DNA from: a virus | DNA length: 64,000 bases | Virus record (IMG/VR): IMGVR_UViG_3300032047_000003 | Span: 1 to 64,000 of that record | Direction: 5' to 3' (one strand) | Part shown: positions 55,916 to 64,000 of the stretch, piece by piece | Numbering within the stretch: the first letter of the stretch is position 1 | Layout: every line of letters starts with the position of its first letter | Made by a program: the position numbers and the translations under genes | Notes under the pieces: model-generated | What the model was told of the DNA's origin: nothing | The model's database searches: none | The model's input: the letters and a program-made list of their open reading frames with translations, nothing else

Positions 55916-58900
55916 TTAATTACCTTTTATATATTGCAACAACTGTCCCGAATCTTTTAGATATTTCAATCCAGGATCGTTTGCTCTTTCTGGGTTTCTG
56001 GAAACTATATGTTTATAAAACTCAGTACCCATTGCTTCGTTTTCGTCAATCGTATCAAAAACGCCTCTAAATGCATCATCTATTCCTGACACAATATCTC
56101 CTAAAATATTTTGCCATACTGAAGTTGGAGACCTAGTACTTACCCCCGCAAATAAAGGCTTCCCTTCTTTTACAATGGGAACAATAGTAACTGCTTCACT
56201 TTCCAACAATTTAGAAAAAATTATTGGAGCTGCAATAAGGTAACTGGAGCTAAACCTATCTAAAACTTGACTCGAGTTGTAATAATACTGATTGTCAACA
56301 CCTGCCATATACACTCCTCCTGAACCCCCAACCCCAGCTGCTTTTAAAAGCCCACCCGCATTAAGTTTCCACTTCCCCAGAAGCAGCAAAGATAAACCCG
56401 CACCTGTAAGGCCTATAGCCTTAGTCGCGAATTGACCAGCTGTACCTGTCGTAGGATTCAATGCATCGGCTGCAAAAAAAGCAGAAACTCCAAGGTCAAA
56501 TAAACTTTCAACTGTAGAAACAGCTTGATCTTGAAAATCGCTAAAATCTGAATTCAAAGAAGGGTTCTGGTTTCCTAAATCCTTAAAAAGCTTTTCGAGA
56601 TTAACAGTTGCTTTAACATTATTTTCCGTATTAGTTGTCTCTCCAAAAATATTTTTATCTATATCGACAACTTCTTTATACTCAATAATTCCATTTCGCA
56701 CTAAATCGCTATAGCGTTCTATCATCGAACTAGAAGCTTCATAAGACAAATTAAAACCATCTATATTCAAAGATACGTCTGGTGATTCTGGAATTATTCC
56801 TAATCTTTGCCCAAGAGTACCATACCCTATCTCTCCCAATTCTCGCGAAGTACTTTCATTCATTCTTTTTATTGCAGTGTCTAACTCTTCTTTATCCTTA
56901 CTGGTTGTAAGAATTGCTGGCAGGTTTTTATCTCCACCATATTGCTCATTTACTGAGCTCGCATCTGAACTAGAGCCTCTGTCTATAACACTTCTTTCCC
57001 TTGCTATGGCTCCTCCTACATATACTTTTAAAGCTTCTAGTACTGGCCAACTTGAAGATTCATTTCCAACAACAATCGCGTTCGGAACTATTTCCGTTAT
57101 ATATCCTGTTTCAAAAGAAAATATATGGGTTACTGATTTTACTTCAACTGGCCCGGACATTTTACTTTGATCGTCAAATAAAAAACAAACATCCCATGGT
57201 TTTACAGAAGGGTCTCCTAATATGGATATCTCTCCAGAATACATTTCTTTAACTCCATATATTAAACTTCCAATACCGTATCTTGTAGCCATGGCTCTAT
57301 CTCTTATATCGTATTTGTCTACGTTTTGACTAATTAAATTGCTGTCAGGTATATTGGAACTTGCTTTCATAAAGACACTTTTTTTATTGTTCGCATCATG
57401 CATATCTTTGTAATATACGTTCACGGAATTAACTGCATTCCTTTGAGAAACTGTGAAGTTGTTTCTAATCAAATTTTCCCTAGATCTAATTAGGTGATAA
57501 TTTCTAAACGGAACAAAACGATTTTCTAACCCTGTTAAATACTCTTTTAAAAGTCTTCCTCTTAGTTCAATTGTATTTCTGTTTAATTCTAGATCGTCCT
57601 TACTAATCGTCTGACCCTCAACATACCTTTCATCGACATTATTTTCGTCAGCAAGAAAATTTTCGATTTTAGAACCAAAAGTAGAAAACCTGTGATCCGC
57701 TCTATTATTTATAAACTCAATTAGTTTTTTTCTATCATTAATGTCAGAAAACGTTTCGTCTGCACGAATATCCGTTTCTATCGATCTTGCTTTATCTTTA
57801 AGCTTCAGGCGAGCTTCCCCTTTAGCAGCCATTCGCTCAAACTTTCTTTTTAGCTCTCTTTGACTCATCCCAGAATAACGTTTTGGTTTCTTCAACATCT
57901 CCTCCATCAAAAATAGTAAATTACTTCCGGTCTCATCCCAGGAATTGGTTTCATAATAATTCTGTCTATCCTTAAGGTCTGCTTCAGTCACTATTGCGTC
58001 TGGATTGTAAACTCCAATTGCTATATTCCAAGTATCTGTAAATTTCCTTTTTGACATAGCGGCATGATACTCGGCTCTGTTGTACGTAGTTTTTACTTGA
58101 TTTGCAACAGCAAGTAAATTTCTTGCTTTTCCCTTGAATTTAGACATAAGATTTTTTCGAGCTTTTTTCTTAAATTCCTCGTATTCTGCATCAGATATCT
58201 TTTTGGTTTTGTAATCTTCGTTGTACCCTTGCTTGAAAAATCGTTTCAAATCATCTTCATCATCAACATTTGCTGTTAGCAGCTCTCTTACTGAATTCAT
58301 TCTTTGAATAAAACCAGGAGTGGCCGGCTTGCTCCAGTATCTTTGAGATGGGATTCCAAAAAACATAGTATACCTAAACTCCTTTCCATAAGGAACTGCG
58401 CTGTAAATCCAACCAGGATGCCTTAGCGTCATTTCGTGAAAAACATCCCATATAGTGCTATTCTGAAGTTTATACCTACAAGCGTCAGGATGAACTCTTT
58501 TTAAATACAAAAGTGGGTTTACGTTTTGCCAGTCCTTTAAAAACTCCATTGCGCTTTTACCTTCAGCTCCAGAAAAATCCGAAAAAGCCATTTGGAACAA
58601 CATTCCTACTTTTTCGCTAACAGTCTTTTCTATATGCGTAAGATTGTGCATGTAGTAAATTGGACTAGGAGGATACAAGTTGTCATCTGAAGGATTTAAT
58701 TTAAAATAAACCAGTTCTTTGGTAAACCAATTTTGATAAAGCCTTCGATATTCTTTATGAGTATCTGTAAAACTCTTTCCAAAAATACCCCCTCCAATAT
58801 AATCTACTGCAAAAAAGAAAAGAGAAGTTTTAAAAAATATTGCCGTAGAGTTAAAAGTTGCACTTAGAGCAGTTGTTCCTAAAAATAACGGCGTACTTCC

Positions 58901-61900
58901 CCCGGCTCCTCTGAAGCCTTGCAAATAAACACTTCTTGCAAATGAAGGTTGAGAAACAGCAGCTATCATAAACCTTTCACTCGCTTTAAAAAGGTCAAAA
59001 ACTCTTTTAGTCAATTGGGGATTAGCAAGAACATCATCTGCACCTGAGACTGCGGTTCTTCCTATAATGGCAAAAATTTCATCTATTTCTTTCGTAAGCG
59101 TTTTAAACACAGCATAGCTGCTTCCTCTCGGCACAGCCTTTAAAGCAGTCTCTACACTTAGTAAAGATTTTCTCAGTGCTGTTTGCGTTAAAGATGTCGT
59201 CGCTGCTGAAAGTACCTTTACTTCAGCTGCCACTGTCTTTACAACGCTACTAGCCGCTCTCACCAAATCGTCTCCTATCCCAATAAAAAGATGCTTAAAA
59301 GCTCCTAAAGCAGCATCTCCACCTTGCGCAAGCCCTCTGCGCAGAGCAGTATATCCGCTAACAGTGCTGAAACCTCCTCTCATCAATGAACCAACCCTGT
59401 TAAGCCCCACTCTAGAAGCTAATCTTCCTAAGCTTCCTGACACGAAAGGAAAGAATCTGGGATTCATTAAACTCGCAACTGCTGTCCTTATATAACTAAA
59501 TGGAAGTCTCCATGCGGTTCTTGGCGCTAACTTAGACCCTCCTTCCACTGCTTTTACCGTAAACCCTCTTAAGCCAAATCCCGGAAGACCTACTTTTCCC
59601 AAACCAAGTCTTTTTGTAAAAAGAAAACTGATTCCAATACCCACTGAAGCAATAGCGGTTTCAAGCCCCCAATCAGACAAAAATCCTGCCCACTGTTTAT
59701 AGCCTTGAAGAGCAGACGGATCGCTATTGTCCTTATACCTAAAGAAATCCAATCTAGCATCTTGAGCTTCGCCGTATTGAAAAATCCTACCAGTCTCCCA
59801 TCTTCCAAAATGTTTTAATTCTGGAGAAAGCATTAAGCTGCCTAAAACTTGATGAGTAGCAAAATACTCTTTATTTTTTGAGTCTTCTTCGATACCTTTT
59901 AAGTGTTGAACTAGTTCAGTCCCAAAACTTTGAACAACTATTTCGCAAGTATCTCCTGCTCCGCCCCAACTAATATCTGTCACTCTCCCTGAAATTAAAA
60001 CCTCTAAGTTATCTGGATTGTTAGAATATCCAGCTCTAAGCTGGATATTCATTCCAGGCCTTAAAACAACTGCACTGAAAGGTTGGTCTGTATCTGACTC
60101 TAAATTAGAGTTATCAGCAGAATAAGAAACCAAAGTATTCCTGTCTTTTTTTTCAGAAGACTTATTCTCTCTTTTTATTCTTTCTACTCTTTTTTTCGAA
60201 AAATAATCAACATCAATCGTAGCTCCTTTTCTTGTTCCATCTAAAGTGCCTGCAATATTTTGCAATGAAATGATTGCTGAGTCTGCAGCATTCTCCCTGG
60301 ATCTTGAAACTGAAAAAGATCTAACCCCGTTAAAAGAATAAAAGTCATCCATGTTTATAAATCTACTTTCAAATTCGTCCTCTTCTATAAAGAATAATTT
60401 AAAAGTAGGATAAGCTCGAGAAAGTTTTTTCTTTTCCGTAAAAAGCCTCGCAGAGGAAGCCTTAGCTAAACTATTTAAACCTTCAAGTGAAAAAGTTTGA
60501 TTATAATTTGTTTGAGCCCCAAGGCCTCTCAGCTTAACGTCATTGAGTAAGGTTTCTACAGCCTTGCTGTTTTCGCTTTTTTCTTCGATCAAATCGCCTA
60601 CATATCCCGCTCCATTTCCAAACATATTCTCTATTTGCATTACTTCGTCTGATAGCATCGCTACAGAATTGACTTCTTCAAGCAAGTTTCCATTTTCATG
60701 AACATACAAAGCACTTGAATCATAACTGTTGTTTTTCACAATTGCCTTTAGGGGCTCGACTCCTGTGATTTCATGAACACGGTTGAAACCACTAATTGCA
60801 TCTGAAGGGCTTTGAACCCCTTGCTGCCCGTCCATTATATAGGAAGTGTCTATTCCTACTGCCCACCCTCCTACAGTAGCTGCACTGTCATAAAGCATCC
60901 CACCGAAACCAGAAGCTCCATCAGTTATTTTTGCTGACCACGGCTTAGTTATGGAACGGTTGCCATCAGCATCTATGAATCTTAAATACCTGTAGAGGGA
61001 AGTTCTCTGAGCAACTACTTGCTCTCTTGTCTCGGCTACATAGCTATTATCGTAACTAGAGCCATCTCCATTTTGGTCAAATTTAAAAACAAAGCTATCT
61101 TTTCCTTCTGATTCTTGAATCAAAGTAACGATTTCTTTTTTCAACGAATCGGTCAAATCATTTCTTTTTGCCTGCCCTGTAAAAAACGGACTGTTCGCTT
61201 CTCCCAAGTTTTTATACAAAACGTAATGCCCGTTACTATCGTAATAAGTATCGTAAGGGTAAAGAACGTTGTCGGTACCTTCATTGTTAGTGCTAAGACC
61301 TGAAGTGTTGTCGTTTGTAACATCTGTCGCATCTGAATCCGCAACCCTAATAGCAGTAATACTTTTGGACTCCATCTTTTTTAAATGTTTGTATGCTCCC
61401 TCTAAATAAACCTTTGAATTCCTTTCGATTTCATCTAGAAACTCTTTAGTTATTTTTGCTCCTCCATCATTATAAATATCCCACATGTAAAAAGCGGCTC
61501 CAGTCTCAAAATTACTTTGAGTGTAAAAAGGATGATTGGGCAAACCTAAATCAGGATAACACTCTATGCCGCTATATCTTTCAGAAGGAGGCACATAGTT
61601 ATAAGACTCATTTAAAAAGTCGATTCCCAACGCATAACAAACTTCTCTGTTTTTTTTCACTTCTTCTACAAAGCTTTTCAATTCATTTCTAAAAGCTTCA
61701 AGTTTTTTTAGTTCGTCGTCAGCATTTATATAGTTTGACAAATTGATTTCTTTTAAAACCTCAAGATCTGTTCTAATATCTCTAAATCGAAAGTTATTTG
61801 AAAGAGCAGCGCCTTTAGCATAACGACTCTCGTTTGCTGTTTCGCTAAGATATTTTACATCAGTTCCCAACATGCTTTCAATTTTAAGGTTACCCTTATC

Positions 61901-64000
61901 GTCAACATCACTCTTGAAGTTCGAATGCAGCCTTGTCATTAATTCTTCGGCTTTTGTAGAGTAGTACTTACTTAATGCAGAATTTGATCGATTTATAAGC
62001 ATTGACGTGGCTGCCAGCTTGTTTAAAGTCTCTGCAGAAAGTTTACCTGTTGGATTTCCGAAAAGATCAAATTCTTTAGTATATATTCCCGTTGAAGTAG
62101 GGTTTCCAGTCTTTAGACTCAGGCCATCCACCTTAATGGACTGCGATCCATAATGCGCAGATCTAAAAACCGCTTCAGTCCCTACTTCAATTCCCGATCC
62201 GATAAGACCGTAAGGAGTAAGTCTCGCCACATCTTTTCCAGTTTTTAGTGATCTTGCAACATCGTACACTAATAATCCTCCCCCTACCCCTTTTGCAATC
62301 GCCGCACCATTAGAAGCGCTGTAATCGAGTTTGTCAGGGTTATACTCTCCGTGAGCCGTAGTCTGAAACATACCTCCAAAACCTCTTTCAATAGAATTGA
62401 GGCCTACATTGAAGCCAGATCGAAGATCGTCTAGTCCGAATTCATTAATAATTCTTGGTTCTAAAAACCACTCGGAATACTGTTCAAAATATGACTCCAA
62501 CTGCTTGAACATTATGAATTTTTGAATCTTAGGAGGAGCGTCTTTATACGCGTCTTTTGAAAATTTCATATAAGCGTATGACTTAAGCAAAGTGAAATTA
62601 TTCTCAAGTAAATCCATTCCTCCAACTTTTGCCAAATTAATAGTATCCAAATAGTTAATATATTTTCCATGAACTTGATCCCGAGCATCTTTAAAAGCCA
62701 AAGCTCTTAAAGTTAATTGGGTTACAGTCGTCCCATCAAAAGCACTTCCTTGATCTTCCCAAAATAGAGAGTTAAGTCCGGTATTCATTGCCCCACCCCA
62801 ACCCATAGAACCTGATGTCGTTTCAAAATTTCCCAATCTTTGAACATTCGAAGATAAAAAAGTATTAATCGCTTTTTCATCTTCTGGATGAACGTTCCAT
62901 ATCGCAGTGGGTCCTGGAGTCACATGTTCGATCCCCTTATCTAACCTAAGATAAAGTTGTTCCGATATATTAAAGTTATGACTCAATTCTTCAGTTTCAC
63001 CAAGAAGATGATCTGCTATAAAGGACGGACCAAACACAGGAATGCCTCCCTGCAGTTCAATCTTCATGTAGTCATGGAGCAACTGGTCTACAGGGTGAAG
63101 GGGCGTATACATTGAATGCCCTCCGCGAGAATAAACTAAGGTGTTTTTATTAACGATTCCCCTTGCCTTCTTATGTATTTCTGTTATTCCTTGAGTCTCG
63201 ACAATAGGAATCTCCTTAAATAAAAAACCTTGCGCCCATCCTCCATCCGCGGCTTCTTCTCTATATGCGCCAGGTTTTGAAATATTTTGCAGAATTGGAT
63301 CCTCGGACAAATTGTTTTCCTTAGAAATGTAATCATAAAGGATTTCATTTAAAAGGTCTTGCGCCCTGATATACAGGTCCTTGGTGAGTTGAGAACGAAC
63401 CGCGTCGTTATAAAGTCCCGCCTCCACCGCTGCATTCCACGCACGCTCAGCCAAAGCCCTACATGCTAAGAAATCATTCCGAAAATTATTTCCATCTGCA
63501 AGAACCCTGTTGCCGTCTCTATCAATGTAAAAAGGCATCGTGTCGTTGCCTATAATTTGTTTTCTAAAATTGTATATAATGGCCAATTCTTCTTGTTGTT
63601 TTTTATCCGCATTGTTTGGCAGGCCGTTGGTATCTATATTCAAGTTTATTAAATCTTCTTGTTTTATTTCTATACTCGCATCTGTTTTTATACCTAACCT
63701 TTGATACTCGTCATTCAAACCACTTGATACCAACCTTATGACTTCGGAACTGGACAGTTCAATATTACCCGAGCTGCCGATTGCTAAAAGAAATGTTGTA
63801 GAAAGAGCTCTATTTAACTCATAGTAGAAAGAAGCTTTAAGTGCGCTATCAGACCCTGAATTACTTGCTTTAAAATATTCTACTAAATCCACAGGGGTTT
63901 CAATTTCGGAAATTTCTGGAGCACTTCCATCAGCTGGCCCTGTAACTAAATTGAAAAAGAAAACGCTTGCAATTTTTTCGTATTCTTCTTCTAGATTGTC
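55916..64000 (-). CDS. giant (>2690 aa) tail/baseplate hub-like protein; 5' end lies beyond the window
   Basis: Frame stays open from 63892 to 64000 (DNLEEEYEKIAS...). Hub-like segments FSVSRSRENAADSAIISLQN, IQLRAGY...ISGRVTDI, SGEISILGDPSVKPWD. Confidence 0.7.
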   Translation of the reverse strand, partial: DNLEEEYEKIASVFFFNLVTGPADGSAPEISEIETPVDLVEYFKASNSGSDSALKASFYYELNRALSTTFLLAIGSSGNIELSSSEVIRLVSSGLNDEYQRLGIKTDASIEIKQEDLINLNIDTNGLPNNADKKQQEELAIIYNFRKQIIGNDTMPFYIDRDGNRVLADGNNFRNDFLACRALAERAWNAAVEAGLYNDAVRSQLTKDLYIRAQDLLNEILYDYISKENNLSEDPILQNISKPGAYREEAADGGWAQGFLFKEIPIVETQGITEIHKKARGIVNKNTLVYSRGGHSMYTPLHPVDQLLHDYMKIELQGGIPVFGPSFIADHLLGETEELSHNFNISEQLYLRLDKGIEHVTPGPTAIWNVHPEDEKAINTFLSSNVQRLGNFETTSGSMGWGGAMNTGLNSLFWEDQGSAFDGTTVTQLTLRALAFKDARDQVHGKYINYLDTINLAKVGGMDLLENNFTLLKSYAYMKFSKDAYKDAPPKIQKFIMFKQLESYFEQYSEWFLEPRIINEFGLDDLRSGFNVGLNSIERGFGGMFQTTAHGEYNPDKLDYSASNGAAIAKGVGGGLLVYDVARSLKTGKDVARLTPYGLIGSGIEVGTEAVFRSAHYGSQSIKVDGLSLKTGNPTSTGIYTKEFDLFGNPTGKLSAETLNKLAATSMLINRSNSALSKYYSTKAEELMTRLHSNFKSDVDDKGNLKIESMLGTDVKYLSETANESRYAKGAALSNNFRFRDIRTDLEVLKEINLSNYINADDELKKLEAFRNELKSFVEEVKKNREVCYALGIDFLNESYNYVPPSERYSGIECYPDLGLPNHPFYTQSNFETGAAFYMWDIYNDGGAKITKEFLDEIERNSKVYLEGAYKHLKKMESKSITAIRVADSDATDVTNDNTSGLSTNNEGTDNVLYPYDTYYDSNGHYVLYKNLGEANSPFFTGQAKRNDLTDSLKKEIVTLIQESEGKDSFVFKFDQNGDGSSYDNSYVAETREQVVAQRTSLYRYLRFIDADGNRSITKPWSAKITDGASGFGGMLYDSAATVGGWAVGIDTSYIMDGQQGVQSPSDAISGFNRVHEITGVEPLKAIVKNNSYDSSALYVHENGNLLEEVNSVAMLSDEVMQIENMFGNGAGYVGDLIEEKSENSKAVETLLNDVKLRGLGAQTNYNQTFSLEGLNSLAKASSARLFTEKKKLSRAYPTFKLFFIEEDEFESRFINMDDFYSFNGVRSFSVSRSRENAADSAIISLQNIAGTLDGTRKGATIDVDYFSKKRVERIKRENKSSEKKDRNTLVSYSADNSNLESDTDQPFSAVVLRPGMNIQLRAGYSNNPDNLEVLISGRVTDISWGGAGDTCEIVVQSFGTELVQHLKGIEEDSKNKEYFATHQVLGSLMLSPELKHFGRWETGRIFQYGEAQDARLDFFRYKDNSDPSALQGYKQWAGFLSDWGLETAIASVGIGISFLFTKRLGLGKVGLPGFGLRGFTVKAVEGGSKLAPRTAWRLPFSYIRTAVASLMNPRFFPFVSGSLGRLASRVGLNRVGSLMRGGFSTVSGYTALRRGLAQGGDAALGAFKHLFIGIGDDLVRAASSVVKTVAAEVKVLSAATTSLTQTALRKSLLSVETALKAVPRGSSYAVFKTLTKEIDEIFAIIGRTAVSGADDVLANPQLTKRVFDLFKASERFMIAAVSQPSFARSVYLQGFRGAGGSTPLFLGTTALSATFNSTAIFFKTSLFFFAVDYIGGGIFGKSFTDTHKEYRRLYQNWFTKELVYFKLNPSDDNLYPPSPIYYMHNLTHIEKTVSEKVGMLFQMAFSDFSGAEGKSAMEFLKDWQNVNPLLYLKRVHPDACRYKLQNSTIWDVFHEMTLRHPGWIYSAVPYGKEFRYTMFFGIPSQRYWSKPATPGFIQRMNSVRELLTANVDDEDDLKRFFKQGYNEDYKTKKISDAEYEEFKKKARKNLMSKFKGKARNLLAVANQVKTTYNRAEYHAAMSKRKFTDTWNIAIGVYNPDAIVTEADLKDRQNYYETNSWDETGSNLLFLMEEMLKKPKRYSGMSQRELKRKFERMAAKGEARLKLKDKARSIETDIRADETFSDINDRKKLIEFINNRADHRFSTFGSKIENFLADENNVDERYVEGQTISKDDLELNRNTIELRGRLLKEYLTGLENRFVPFRNYHLIRSRENLIRNNFTVSQRNAVNSVNVYYKDMHDANNKKSVFMKASSNIPDSNLISQNVDKYDIRDRAMATRYGIGSLIYGVKEMYSGEISILGDPSVKPWDVCFLFDDQSKMSGPVEVKSVTHIFSFETGYITEIVPNAIVVGNESSSWPVLEALKVYVGGAIARERSVIDRGSSSDASSVNEQYGGDKNLPAILTTSKDKEELDTAIKRMNESTSRELGEIGYGTLGQRLGIIPESPDVSLNIDGFNLSYEASSSMIERYSDLVRNGIIEYKEVVDIDKNIFGETTNTENNVKATVNLEKLFKDLGNQNPSLNSDFSDFQDQAVSTVESLFDLGVSAFFAADALNPTTGTAGQFATKAIGLTGAGLSLLLLGKWKLNAGGLLKAAGVGGSGGVYMAGVDNQYYYNSSQVLDRFSSSYLIAAPIIFSKLLESEAVTIVPIVKEGKPLFAGVSTRSPTSVWQNILGDIVSGIDDAFRGVFDTIDENEAMGTEFYKHIVSRNPERANDPGLKYLKDSGQLLQYIKGN

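Noticed and set aside
2431-61692. Many short antisense or alternate-frame ORFs in the track (e.g. 2431-2739, 3445-3771, 7954-8271, 23322-23708, 54455-54904)
   Set aside because: They are shadows of well-supported genes, with no RBS or recognisable motifs.
1-64000. Genome-wide stop codon reassignment
   Set aside because: Standard code gives near-complete coding density, and TAA, TAG and TGA all end genes at coupled junctions; only one internal TGA was found.

Overview
AT-rich, very densely coded segment of a large tailed dsDNA phage, probably a jumbo myovirus. No rRNA, tRNA, CRISPR array or IS element was recognised. Two convergent blocks meet at overlapping stop codons at 21713-21716. The + block (1-21.7 kb) carries nucleotide metabolism and replication genes: dUTPase, ThyX, RecA, a C-family DNA polymerase (DnaE), metallophosphoesterase, Cas4-like nuclease, HldE-like kinase, fused primase-helicase, cupin, Hc1-like protein, ClpP-like protein and a Holliday junction resolvase. 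The - block (64-21.7 kb) is late/structural: a giant hub-like protein, baseplate J-like and other baseplate proteins, a 1948-aa LamG fibre, a GT9/TylF/sulfotransferase trio, an amidase endolysin and many small Lys-rich proteins. Standout 1: DnaE is encoded in three pieces. One break has no intein and duplicates part of the palm. The other is bridged by a split intein at the cyanobacterial DnaE site (ADY/CFN), with fragment charges reversed relative to Npu DnaE. Structural-looking genes sit in both gaps. Standout 2: a complete phosphorelay (a probable pseudokinase, an intact membrane-anchored histidine kinase, a single-domain receiver and a coiled-coil/2-TM protein) is tightly packed directly behind the endolysin. 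All calls come from motif reading by eye; no searches were run.
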